A stretch of DNA of 63,774 nt, filler included, from Phoronis australis (Eukaryota > Animalia > Phoronida): NCBI GenBank assembly GCA_002633005.1. It is 10 parts of 10 records of this genome, joined end to end, with 100 filler letters (N's around TTAATTAATTAA, not from the genome) between each part and the next. Parts side by side here need not be neighbours in the genome. Positions count along the whole stretch, not along the records: positions 36,376 to 41,733 come from NMRA01000578.1; positions 41,834 to 53,097 come from NMRA01001538.1; 8 more parts are not named here. One strand, 5' to 3'. Below, one piece after another: positions 40,178-52,781 of the stretch. A program made the position numbers and the translations under genes. The notes under the pieces were generated by a model. That model ran no database searches, was not told the DNA's origin, and worked only from the letters and a program-made list of their open reading frames with translations. Position 1 is the first letter of the stretch, and each line of letters begins with the position of its first letter.

Positions 40178-41035
40178 ATCTTCCAGCAGCTGGATACCGA
40201 GTGCGAACACTTGCTTCTGCAGCAGATTCAATCCCTCCAGAGCGGCGCAAGCACCGCAGCAGTGAATCTCCACCACTTCCCGAAATCACCTTAACCAAGC
40301 GCCGGCGCACGCTTACTAACTGTTCACAAACACAGTGCGATCCGTATACTTTAAACGCAAGTGTGGAGAATCGGACATTTGCAGGGTCCACGGGCTGTGC
40401 ATCGAGTCCATTTGGGCAAGGCGACAACTTGTTCTCACAACAATTCAGAGGCGATAGCTTTAATAACTACAGAACAAATGGAACAACTTTGCCATTCAAA
40501 GATGCTACATCTAGATCACCGGAGATGAGGCCGTCCAATCCAGCTCCGTCTTATGTAGACATGTCGTCTTATTCACCTTTCAACTTTTCGAGCACAAGTG
40601 CAAAATTGGTTAACCACACCACATCTTCAACATTGTCCACTCCTCCCGATTATCGGGCTAACTCCACGAGCACAAGGTTATCACTGGCTGTCAGTCATTT
40701 GGATAATGTTCCCACAATAACAGATTTATGTGGTGGTGAAGACACAGCCATAAGGCTCTCAGGTGACAATTCTGCAACTACTACGTCTGAAGTAGGGGCT
40801 GCGTCTACCAGTATGAGTTCTTCTGCCTCAGTTGGACGGCCTGCATTATCTTCTGTAACATTGACACATGGTGCCTCTGTCAGTCAAACCTGTCTAAGCA
40901 CTTCATCAGTACCATCTACAGCGCAGTGTTCTACTGCACGATCCCAAATGGGCGGAACTATGCCAGAGGTGAATTGCCTTAAAAGTATACCGGACTGTGA
41001 AGACAGATCACCTTTGGTGAACTATCTTGATGAAG
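40178..41035 (+). CDS. Ser/Thr-rich uncharacterised protein, large exon with basic NLS-like motifs
   Basis: ttgcag|ATCTT...GATGAAG|gtaggt; 858 nt open, phase 1-1; ERRKHR...TKRRRT. Confidence 0.7.
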
Positions 41036-41335
41036 GTAGGTTTTGCCCTTTAAGGTTTGAAATAGTCTTTATATTTATCCCATCACATTGGTCTAAGTCA
41101 AGTGCGGGTTAAAGAGAGTTCTGCCATTGCAGGAAGTCTCATCCTTGAGAAAAAATGGCTGAGGTAGGTATGACGCGTCTCAGTTGTCTCGTAAAGTCTC
41201 ACCAATTTCAGACAAAAGTAATTTCTAACTTTTATGCTCTTTTTCATTTTTGAAAGGCTCCAAACTTTGTCTTGGATGCCCACAAGTACTTTGTGGTAGC
41301 TACTAGTATCCAGAACTTGAACATAATATGGCATT

Positions 41336-41733
41336 CAGGGACTCATCTAGCGGCCGTCCTGGCCGTCCTTAGGACGGCCCTTTTAAAAAAATGACGGCTT
41401 GGGACGGCACGGCCAAGACGGAAAAAAGACGGCCTGTTCCAAAACAACCTCGGCGAAAATGAAGGCTAAACGAAGAATTTTAACATTTATTATTAATAAA
41501 TTTCATTGAAACCTACAATTCATTGTTTAAGTTCGCTAAATATTAAGAAATAACTCGACATTAGAAACTTTTGCCGTCTATTTTTACTATAAGTGTCACA
41601 ATGACGATCGGCAAATACTGGCAGCCATCTTTGGGGAATACCTTCCTATTCTGTGACGTCAAGGTGGCTTCATACGGAATCCCCCGCACGACTAGTGTCG
41701 AGAAATATTGCATCCAGCACTAACTACCCGTAC
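41336..41733 (+). mobile_element. Probable hAT-like element left end
   Basis: Starts CAGGG, followed by clustered GACGGC/GCCGTC subterminal motifs; truncated by contig end. Confidence 0.4.
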
Positions 41734-41833
41734 NNNNNNNNNNNNNNNNNNNNNNNNNNNNNNNNNNNNNNNNNNNNTTAATTAATTAANNNNNNNNNNN
41801 NNNNNNNNNNNNNNNNNNNNNNNNNNNNNNNNN

Positions 41834-42448
41834 GTAAAGATCCTGCGAACGGTTTAGGAGATACAGCCATAGGCGCAAAAAAAACAAAACTGCCACTAGG
41901 AGGCGCCACAGTAGTCGAAATCGTCGGAAAATCATCGTCAACCGTCCTCTACATAGTAAGCACATACATGCCAATTTTCACAATCATCCTTTGAGCGGTT
42001 TGGTTGATAGAGGGGTGGAAGCACAAAAACAGACTCGAAAACAGTAAAAATGGCCACTAGGTGGCGCAAACTATGTCGAATCCATCCGAAAACGGCAGGA
42101 TAGCGTCATCTCACTACTAGGTGCCTACATACCAAATTTCATGAAAATCCGTTCAGGACTTTTGAAGATACAAAGGTAAGCGTAAAAAACTAAAATTGCC
42201 ACTAGGGGGCACACCGGTAGTCGGATCCGTCCGAAAGTTCGCACATGCCGTCCCATTCATGAATGGAACATATGTACCAAATTTCATGAACGTATGTCAA
42301 AGGGTTTTGGAGATAGAGCAGCGGACGCCGGACGCCGGACGCCGGACGGACGCCGCCCGGACGGACGGACGGACGGACGGACGGACGGACGGACGGACAG
42401 AGATGACGGCATAATGCGTCCACATATAAATATGTGGGCGCATAAAAA
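41834..42448 (+). mobile_element. Helentron-associated / DINE-1-like non-autonomous rolling-circle element (3' part)
   Basis: Three ~150-bp core repeats, a (GGAC)n microsatellite at 42322-42399, then the terminal hairpin ATGCGTCCACATA-taaa-TATGTGGGCGCAT and an A-run; second 3' end at 57698-57797. Confidence 0.8.
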
Positions 42449-42826
42449 TCAAAAATCCATCCATGTCTGCCGCGTAATGCTGCAGGGGCATGGTGATCAC
42501 AACCCGCATTACACATCATTTTGACTCTAGTTACGCCAGTTAAAGTTCTTGAAATATGCTTCTGGGTAGAATTCAGAAGCTGTCTCGCCGCTAGAAAAAT
42601 TTAGCCATAAGCACTGGTTCTCATTTATAACAGATTAAAAACTATTGACTGTATCAAACTGGGATTCAGATGTTCTACGTACGAGTTGGAATCATTTCTC
42701 ATTCTATTCTTATGTAACTCAAATTCCGCTACAATATGTCTGTAAGAGATCAACAGGAGCAGATTCCACTGCGTGTGCCAGAATCTGAGTTACGTTCACA
42801 CCGGCAGCATTAATTAATAGGTCAAG

Positions 42827-42966
42827 CATGGGCGGCGCACCATAGGGGGCTGAGGGGAGGGGGCTGTAGCCCCTTCACTTACATTTCAGTACTGCGCCGC
42901 CCATGGTCACTTTACTAGGGCGGCACACCCCCCCCCCTCTTATTTTTTGGGTGCTGCGCCGCACTC
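42827..42966. mobile_element. Mini-MITE family C (79-bp unit with 13-bp TIR) plus a degenerate second unit
   Basis: CATGGGCGGCGCA...TGCGCCGCCCATG at 42827-42905. Confidence 0.75.
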
Positions 42967-43313
42967 TTAGTTATCAACCTTTGTAGAGTTCAGTAAAGCT
43001 AGCAACTAGCGAAAAAGCAAGATTATGCGAGATATTGTCGTGTTTGATAAGATCGTGCGCGTGCTTTGAGCTAGATCTTCTCGCCGCTAGAAAGCTACTG
43101 AACTCTACTACCATGTTCTCGGAATTTTTGGCGTCACCTAGTGAATGTGAATGGTTCATTTGGCTCAGTAATTGTTCGTCGCTAACGTGTAACAGCAAAC
43201 GCACTAATGACTGATAGATTTGGAATTCCATAAGGCAGTGAATGGAACGCCGTGTGACTTAAGATAACGCGTGTAATGCACTCGTAAAACACAATGGCGT
43301 GCTACGGAAGGGC

Positions 43314-43469
43314 CAGTGCTGTAGTGGTAAAATTAGAAGTAAGTGGGCGCCCAAATCCCACCGTATCACCTTGAGCACTGAACGTAATTTACGTTACTTA
43401 GGCGCTACGTTCAAATGCCAAAAGGTGGTTGGCTGCGCCTACGTGCGCCTACGCCCCACTACAGCACTG
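43314..43469. mobile_element. hAT-type MITE with 14-bp TIR and degenerate 8-bp TSD
   Basis: GGAAGGGC|CAGTGCTGTAGTGG...CCACTACAGCACTG|GGAAGGAT. Confidence 0.8.
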
Positions 43470-44839
43470 GGAAGGATAGGACGAGGCTATGTAAAGAGAG
43501 ACAAGAGGAGGATACTATAACATAACGCGTGAACTAGAATAGTTCAATTGATTGTGGTCAACTAGTTGAATCATGGTAATTTGCTATGGCTACGGTTAGT
43601 AGTAATAGGGTTTTGTTGTCTGAGTAATAAGATACATCGGCAACAGATGACAATACATCATCGGCCACAGTTGTGTCCAATTTAACTAGCTTCATGAAAT
43701 TGGATTCATTTTATCCGTTATTTCAACGTTGAAACGATATTGTAACGCCTAGAGGGTATTAGTGCACAATATTTAATTTACCATAATGATAAGTTGGTTG
43801 CCGTGGTTACTAAAAAGGGAAGGGATCGCGTAACACACATGAGATTCTCTAACCACAGGGTAGATTCAAACAGCAAGCTATGTACGTATCACCGCCTGAC
43901 GTATGCGAGACAGGCGGGTTTCTTCCTACACTAGTTGAATACGATGAACTATAGACGCAGGCGTTATATGGGTGACATATTTCTAACAATACCTCTTTCA
44001 CAGAACCAATGTGCTATACTCCTAGTGTAGCTCATTGACAGATCTCAACTTTCATTAATAAAGCCAGTTCTAGCCCACCAGGGTAGTCTCCTGCACAGAC
44101 AACCCGTGACGTCAGCTTGTGAGGCCCGGGAATCAGGTTACCACCAGGGCGGTGGTTGTTGGTTTATGTAATGGTTCAAACAAACCCTGGTAACTCCACG
44201 GGTGCACGACGGTTAACACTCGCGAGTGAAACAAGTTCGTTTTTGTCACAATAACGTAGTAACAAGATGGCCAGTGTGCTAATCCAGTTGACAATGTCAG
44301 CTCCATACTATCAAACTTGTATGTTGTTACACTTCAAATGACAATAACTGGTCATTTAGCAGGGAACAAGACTGGCGGTTTAAATTCATAGAGAGGCGGT
44401 GACAATTAAGGGGGAGTTTAGTCTTCATAAAAATAAATGCGTTGTTATGGCGTTTTTCCATTTTCCAGTAGCTTGGTCGATAAATTTAGCATTCTCTAAA
44501 AACTCGGAGCCGTTCGTCTGCAACTCCGTTGCACCAAACAGGGTACGCGCGGGTTCAAGCGCCTAGGCTATCTTCACAGCAAAGTGCGCCCGAGCAGTAG
44601 GCCCGGGAGCCGAGCATCTAGTCTTATCTACAAAAAATGAATTTGGACTCCCGGCGTTGAAATGACTTGTTAGGATATTTTTGGACACGCTCTATTATCG
44701 CAGCTTTCAACTAACCACTAGAGATCTACTGCACATCCAGTCCCAAGGCACTACGTTAATCTGTCGTAAGTAATGGCTGCATGGCAGAGTATACCCGCCA
44801 ATGACCAGGGACAGCGCCTTCTGAGAACCATAATATTAC

Positions 44840-45476
44840 CTGGAAATACATGTGACCAGAGGGCAGTGCCGTGGGCTAATGCCAAATCTTCCTTCAACGC
44901 GTCAACAACCTCCGACCACAAGTAATCTTTCTGCTGTACAAGATTTTCATTAGGCGGGTAAACCTTGATCACTTCTTTTGATTCAAACTTCTGTCCACCC
45001 AGGTGTGCGTCTAAAATCTCCATCAAACGGTTACACATGGTAATATTTGAGGTACCGTCAGTGATCACATGACACCAGCTGACAAGCAGAGTGGATATGA
45101 ATGCGGACTCTTCCGAGCCCCCTTCAACGAGTTTGACTCTCCACAGCGGGCCGGATTCACTGAACGGGGTTTCCAGCATGCTGTGGAAAACCTCCAACCA
45201 ATCGATCTGCACGCGTTCATAATCGATAGCGCCTGACTGATTTTCACAGAAGTACTTGGTCCCTTCAATCTCCCTAATAACCATCCGCAACATTGGATAA
45301 TGATCACGCCAATCCTGCAAACACAACTTCATGACATCATCTGTGACTGGTTTGGTTGTCGAGAGAGTCAGGTTATAAACGATCGTGAACGACTTCTCAG
45401 ACACGAATGGAAGCAATCCAACTTCAGATGGCCCCAAAGCGCGAACCACGCGGGTTTCTAACGATGCACAAGACAT
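44840..45476 (-). CDS. CoA-dependent acyltransferase (condensation-domain / alcohol acetyltransferase-like), first coding exon
   Basis: GCC-ATG start; motifs R.LG..E, HYPMLRMVI, PF...GPLWRVKL and catalytic HxxxDG (CHVITDG); donor CCAG|gtaata at 44839, so the ORF tail after ...VFPG is probably intronic. Confidence 0.85.
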
Positions 45477-48022
45477 GGCGATTGATTGTTTAATGCGTCA
45501 AAATGAAGTTTGCCCTCAATACCCTAACACGACGATATGGGGTAGCACGCAAACGGTCACATGTTCATGCTGGCCTTCTGTGCACAACGGCTGTAACGTA
45601 TCAGTGTTTACAAAGGCCAGCATTGACCTTTTCCTGACCCGCTAAACATGAGGGCGGTAAACGTCTGGCTTTATTGCCGTCACATCGAAGTTAGTTGTGC
45701 ACACAATTTGCCAAAATTGCAATAACCATTTTTGAATGACGATTACTTACTAAGATTAAATGCTGAACAAAAGACAGCTATGGCAGCTGTGCGATAACGA
45801 TGTAGGCCTAGTCAAATTTTCTAGGCGCAATATCACATTGAGAAATGTTGAGAAATTTGATGAAGTATAGGCCTAAATTTTCATTCGTACGTCATAATGA
45901 TTAATTGCTATTGTTTGTTTTGTCATTTATCTCCATGAGCTCTCTCCACGTTCAGATAACAAATCCAGCGCCGAAGACTGATATAAGTTGTGTTAGATGT
46001 TTGGAGATACAGATGCTATCATACAAATCGAGATCAGGACGCAGCGGGCGGGAGATAAATTTGATTGCGAAGTGGTCTAGAACTAGTCGTTTTCACCTCA
46101 CCCAAAATACATTTTAAAGTGAAGAATGGCATAGGCCTACTTGAAAAAGCTAATAAATACATCAGCAACTGATTCCGTGCATGTCAGCAAAGACAGCTAG
46201 GTACGTTGCTAAGTAAGATTAACTGAAGTATCGAGAACTGAATGCATGTTCTCGTTAATAATTAAAGCTGTGATAGAGACTGAAATAGGTCAACTGACGT
46301 CATACACATTTGTATGACGAGCCGGGATAAGTGAGTGTTAGGTGTTGCAAAATTCAATGTTCAAAAAATTATGTTAGATATCCGATATCTTTTTTTATAT
46401 CTGATCTCATGCTTTATACATTTGATGTTAAATTTTTTGTATTCCATAATGAAAATATTTATGTGCGATTAACTTACTATTGGCCAAAAATCACCAGGGT
46501 TTATTTTTAGTAGACAGTGATAGCTCGCTTGCTGTTGGAGGCTCGTTATGTTCTCCGAGTTAGTCTGCCTGCGCCAAAGATAGTATAAAATCTTTGCCTG
46601 CGCTGCTCTACATTAGGAAATAAATGAAGGTCAGGAAAACTGAGACGAGAGCCGGTTTGCTTTGTAAGCCAGGTAGTTCTGTCGGTTTCAGACCTATGCG
46701 TCAAGTCGTTTACGTTGCACTCAGCTGGCAAACCGAATGCCAGCGGTACATGTCAGCCTACTCATCCGAGCGTGCCGTGAGAGTTGTGTAATAAAATAAC
46801 TGAAGCCCCAGACTGCAGCTACTCAAAATCGATTCCTTACGTGGCACAGCGGTTAGGCCTATTGTGTGTTCTAAATTCCTTCGAGATGCGCCTTTCTGTA
46901 CCATGACGCAACGAATGCAGGCATAGGACTAGACCGCTTATATAACCTCATACAGCACGTGTGTTGCTTTCACTTTTATTTCTTGGCTTGCGGTCAAGTT
47001 TTGTGGCCATCGCAAGACCGTGTCGCCCTGGGTACTGAGGCCGCTGTCGGCGTCGGGGTTGCAGGGTGCGTGACTGTCTGGTGGAGGGGGGGGGGGGGGT
47101 GGNGTGGGGCGAAATCAACGGACTGTCAGGTACCCTACATTATTTGTGGGTCCAATCGTGTCAGTCGGACAGCGGTCTACAAAGTAATCGTTTCAGCAAA
47201 GGGATTTGGTCAAGGAAGGTTTAAAATGCTGCAGCCTTGCTGTCAGAACAGTCAAAAGTCGTACACGACGGCCATTCTTACATAGTCTGCTATTATTCCA
47301 CTTCCTTTGCAAAAACCTAGAATTTTACCGCTATATATGACATTTGCCTCAAATCAGCGCCAAGTTGGTGATTCCAGGGGTTTCTAAGAAGTGGCAGTTC
47401 GTCAATTCTTCAAAATTCTTGGTCATGCCGCCGGCCGGTGACCGCAAATTTCATGAGCTTGAAAAATTGCCTGTTTTTCCGTTTCTGTCACGAGGATAAG
47501 AAGATGAGTTTTCAAAATCATCGACTGAAAAATACAAAAACAAATTCATGAAAAGTCAGCATCAATGCATTCGTCCACTGGCAAACAACCAAAATGTAAG
47601 ATTGTTTAAAAAAAAACAATTTAATGGGGGTAGATCAGTCTGCAATGAGGCCATGACTCCCACAAATCTCACAGATCCCATTTGGCAGTTCGGGGGCGCG
47701 AATTGCTGACTGGCAAAATCTTGACTAATCATGTAGCCTACTCTGTTCTGCACCCCCCTCCCCTCCGTAACTCTAAATCCTGGATCCGCCCCCCGTTTAT
47801 CGTTACGGAAAGGATGAAAGTTTCGAGACCACTACTTTATATCTTAATTCTTGTACCATAATCTATTTATCAAGTTCCTTTCCTTTATTTTTTCTATTAT
47901 TCAATTACTGTTCAGTTTTCCACACTGAGTTTCATGCAACCTTGCTATGTCTCTCTAGAATTCTGTCAATTTCATTTGATCTCCATGATAGCAAGTAGCA
48001 GCATATATTGAAGAAAACAACA

Positions 48023-48072
48023 ACTTGACATGTTTCGGTGTCCGTCATTTATTCAACACCGTCCTCAGAAGT
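48023..48072 (-). ncRNA. Minimal type I hammerhead ribozyme (Penelope-type)
   Basis: Minus strand: ACUU CUGAGGA C GGUGU-ugaauaaaugacgg-ACACC GAA ACAUGU C AAGU. Complete core, 5-bp stem II, palindromic stem III, GUC cleavage triplet, 4-bp stem I. Confidence 0.7.
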
Positions 48073-48287
48073 GATCCAGTGGCCACCTTAGTTGCTAGCA
48101 TGAGGGTCAGCCCTCTCAGCGAGCGACCGCTTCGCTATCCCAGTTGCCCGCTGTCGCTCATGACAAAGCCGTCCTAACAATAGCCCTATAGTGAGCCAGC
48201 CAACCACACAAATCGCTTGTGCAGTATTACGTAAGCATTAACTAGGCCTTGAGCAGACACCAGAATATAAGTTTCAGACTAGTATTG

Positions 48288-48619
48288 TAACCCAAGGCGG
48301 TTGAAACCCGGTCTCCGAAACGGGTGAAATCGGAAGCTAAGATTCATAAAATTTACGCTCTGTGACGTATATGTAATCTATGAAAGACTTTCAACAAAAC
48401 TGTGGTGCATTGCTATCAAACTTTGCAGCTAAATTACGACCATTTTACAGAAAATTGTGCTGAAATTCCAGGGCGAAAACTCGCCGACTGACTGCCTCGA
48501 AATCGCCGTCTTCGATATGGCGATTTCAATGATTGAATAAAAATGGTTTTGACTCAAGCAAATTACCTAAAATCCTCATTAAGTTTTATAAGTAGCATCT
48601 CTAAGATTTTTTAAGTTCC
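48288..48619 (-). mobile_element. Inverted, internally deleted fragment homologous to 1371-1824 of the pogo-like element
   Basis: Long reverse-complement matches, e.g. AAACGGGTGAAATCGGAAGCTAAGATTCAT and TGAAAGACTTTCAACAAAACTGTGGTGCATTGCTATCAAA. Confidence 0.85.
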
Positions 48620-49632
48620 NNNNNNNNNNNNNNNNNNNNNNNNNNNNNNNNNNNNNNNNNNNNNNNNNNNNNNNNNNNNNNNNNNNNNNNNNNNNNNNNN
48701 NNNNNNNNNNNNNNNNNNNNNNNNNNNNNNNNNNNNNNNNNNNNNNNNNNNNNNNNNNNNNNNNNNNNNNNNNNNNNNNNNNNNNNNNNNNNNNNNNNNN
48801 NNNNNNNNNNNNNNNNNNNNNNNNNNNNNNNNNNNNNNNNNNNNNNNNNNNNNNNNNNNNNNNNNNNNNNNNNNNNNNNNNNNNNNNNNNNNNNNNNNNN
48901 NNNNNNNNNNNNNNNNNNNNNNNNNNNNNNNNNNNNNNNNNNNNNNNNNNNNNNNNNNNNNNNNNNNNNNNNNNNNNNNNNNNNNNNNNNAAGAGTAGCG
49001 TGAATTTGACACCAGTTACTTATTTCTGGGGAGTTTTGAGACTGCTCAGACGATGCATCATGTGGCGTACGAACTTGGAATTCAAAAACACTATCAGAAT
49101 AGGTGGCCTTTGAATAGTAAAAAACTTATGACTTTAAAAATACTGCTCTGTTTTGGCCCTAGCTATGATTATGGTATTCGTGAAACATCCTTTTACAACG
49201 AACATTTCAAATGTTTAAACTTCCAACAGCCATCATCTCTTACTCGGGATAAGCGCGCTTCATGTTATCAGAGGGAAATGAAGTGTAATATTTATACTTG
49301 GGCCGAAGTTCTTCGAAAACACTGCCAACTGAAATGGACATAGATATCTAAGCTTGGCCAGCTAAAGGCTGAAAGTAGTGCTTTCCCTTGTGGTGTAGCT
49401 TGGTCTTTAGTAACAGGCAGAGGAATGCCTATTGTTACCCAAGCCTACAGTTTAAACATCTCCACAATAGCCCTTTATTATGAAAGTCAATGCAGGCACA
49501 ATAGGGTAAGGTATACAAAATCAGATAAGAGATAATGATCCCCTATAGCAGAGCTGAACAGGCTGACCGATATGAGGCCCAGCAACAAGTAATGAAGCAC
49601 AGATACATTCAGTTACAGGGAGTGACAATGAA

Positions 49633-49906
49633 CTAGACCAACAATGACAACCTGTGGTGTGTCAGTTGCCTATTGAGATTGGGCTTGCACCAACTGATGT
49701 GTAAAGCCTCACGAATTTTAAGCTCCTTTGTTGTTACTGCCTGGTCTATCATTGCAAAGTCATTGAAAGAGCACTGCTGATAACAATGACTGGAGCTCTG
49801 TAGGTGAATATTTAGATGTGAATTCCTGTCAGAATTTAGATGTTCTTTGGTCCTGGTTTTCAAATGGCGAACAGTTTCATCTATATAATTGGAGCCACAT
49901 CCAGCT
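49633..49906 (-). mobile_element. Penelope-like retroelement relic, GIY-YIG endonuclease C-terminus
   Basis: GCGSNYIDETVRHLKTRTKEH...SHLNIHL...C...C...F..ID......ELKIREALHI...KPNLNRQ; YIG mutated to YID; 5' truncated. Confidence 0.88.
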
Positions 49907-50862
49907 CAGATTATCTGTGATAACTGCCATTCATAAAAATGCTATTATTTTCGTATTACTCGTAGTTACTGTCAATTTCCATTTTTAACAGCTATTTACC
50001 ATTTTAACTGGCCAAATTTGTATTCTCATTGATCCCCAAATAGCAGAGTGCACTTGACGATTTTTGCCACACTGAAATCACTCTCATAGATATTGATGAA
50101 ATTCGGACCGTTTGCAGGGTGTCCCCGGAAATCTAGGACCATATTACTCCCAGCCCAAAATGTGCCCACAATACAAATGACAATAACCGCATTGTTTATT
50201 GACTTTGGTACAACATCAGTGGTTTTAACTCGTAAATAGGCGAATGACCAAGAAAGAATTAAGCCTTTAAATCTTTGTACATCTGTGATGCCCAGTTTTG
50301 AGGTTCCCGTAGTATTACGCAATACATTTTCGTTCCCCAAAACTGCCAATCGTTCGTTTTCCACTCAGTCGCGTGCATACAGCCCACGCGCCCACTTTCT
50401 CAGGAATATGTAGCTATACAATTGTAGGGCCGGGCTCTGATTCGTTACCGGCGTTGTACTCAACTGTGAGTACATTTTGGGACACCCCAGACACCAGAAA
50501 TGTGGGTACCGCCGGACGGTACCCGAGTATTTCAACAAGGGATTTGAAACTGCCCCCAAAGCAATGTATCAGAGACCCCGGAAAGGCAGTCTTTCAAAAT
50601 GTACTTTCAAAGCATGGCCCCAATAGGCCAATGCTTCTGGTCCCCTGTACCCTTGCTCATTTTAGAATTGGCACTCACCGACTAAAAACGCCCCGGCCCC
50701 CGCGACTTCATTCAGATGGCTATTATTTAGGCGAGCTATCTGTTGCCGGTAACTGGCCGTATTCGCACAGTACGAAGGATAATTTTAACGCACCATTTGT
50801 GGTGAACGGAACTTGAATGCGAAATGAGTGGACAGATAAAATTTCTACTTCTGAGACACAGC

Positions 50863-51434
50863 TTATAAAGGCATAGAACAGTTCTCACTGCAAAACCCAC
50901 ATCACTTGATTTGTAACCTTTTCTTCACTCTGTCAAAGACAGCCAGGATGCAAAGAATGACATGTTTTCAGTTATTTCACATAAAAAGCCCTGCAGATGA
51001 GCGCAGAAACTTTATTCTCTCTTGTATTTTTGACCCTTTCGATCCCACTGAAAACCAAGCTAGACTAAGAAAAATAGGGGCAAAAAAGTGCAAAATCGGC
51101 ACTTGTCACCTCAAAAACACCACTTCCCTGCCGATGCACAACTAAAACCAACAATAGATTCTGAAAGCAAATTTCCTACAAATTCCGAAAATGTGGCCCA
51201 AAAGTACTGTCAACCAACTAGTTTTTTGGCAATTCTGGCTTGTTTGAGGGCTACCCATAATCGCAGCCAATTTCTCAGTCGCTACCCAGCAATGCAAAAT
51301 TGCAACCGGGGGCCGCCATCTTGAAGAAGAGTGCAGCTACAGCCGAGAAAGTGGCGTTTTTATTCTCAGCATGTTCACAAATACAAACAAACCACATTCA
51401 CTGAGCCTACAAAATGCCCCAAACTTGGCCTACC
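50863..51434 (+). repeat. Dispersed repeat, copy 2 (see 25943-26582)
   Basis: Collinear homology with copy 1. Confidence 0.85.
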
Positions 51435-52781
51435 CCAAAATTTTAATATTTTGGCAGTGCAAATTGGCCGCGGCCGCAGCCTAATTATTCAGTGCCACCT
51501 ATACATACATTAAGGACTCGTTTGTTTAAAAACATCACTACTTATATCTGTTTTTTAACAAAACCACATCGTAAAAAGTTTCACCCAGCTTCCGAAAATT
51601 CGCATGTCCCCTCCCCCTTTCCGAAAATACGCTCGGGCGTATGGTTTCATTTGACATTTTTGAAAGGATATTTTTCAAATATATACCCATGGACCTATTT
51701 TCGGAAATTCCCGGTATATGTAGCTTAAATAATAGTGAATGAGATGTGCGATCAACTAGCTCCCGTGGTCTTGGCTACGTGGCTTACCACAGTAAATAGA
51801 GCTTATAGGCTTTAATACTGCCATTGGTCGAAAATAGTCTGACCTGGATTTTTAACTGAGTGAATATGTTTCCTTCCTAAGATTACTCCTACTAAATTTT
51901 TGTTGGCCTCAGATTCCCTGCAAGTTTGTGTCCCCAAAAATTCTTCGTAAAATTGTATTAAAAAATGTCACTTGTTCCATCGTCTGCATCTCCAAAGTCT
52001 TTGAAAATAAGCCTACATTTTTGAAAGCGAATGCAATCTAAGTATCAACGAGCCAATACATTATTCTGGCACGTAAATACACAAAATATTCGGTCTGGAG
52101 CTAAGCAATGAGTTGACGGAAAATATTTAGTTGAATAATTGGCCAGCCAGATACACAACGGTAAGTTAATATTTAAAATTGATAAGTTATTTCAATTTTA
52201 CATGACTATTTTTCACACTGTTAAAATCGGATAAAACACGGATATAGATACGGTACAAAATTTAGCCGTATTCTCGCGCAACAGGTTTATTCGCCCAATT
52301 GCTCCGCATTATCACCTCGGAGTAAACTCGAACTTCCGGCACGACAAGGCCTCGAAAACAGGTCTGAAGCAAGAAATCCTGATGTTCTCAAAACGGGGTG
52401 GATATCCCTTACCAGCTGTTGCTGATTCCGAATATTCATACATGTACATCGTTTGACCAAAAACGAGTACTTTTGCTATCTATTTTACAACGTTTACATG
52501 GAATTGATCTACATTTTTATGTAATATAGTGTCGCTGTGAATAATAGCCCTATAGTTGCAAAAGATCATTAAACAATAAGGCATTTTAATTCTTCACAAT
52601 AGAGTTGAGCTGAATAATTAAGTTCAAAGTGGCAATGTGGCTGAATATTAACAATGGTCAATTAATTAAGTTGAAATACTGCTGCCTCACAACACCGCGG
52701 GTAACTATATTCGTGCAGCGGGTCCATTTCCAATACGGTAGACGTGTCTGTAAACATTCTGCAGGACTTAAACGAAATTAA

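Noticed and set aside
42196-42524. ORFs with RTDG/PSVR repeats
   Set aside because: Translations of the (GGAC)n microsatellite in the Helentron-like element.
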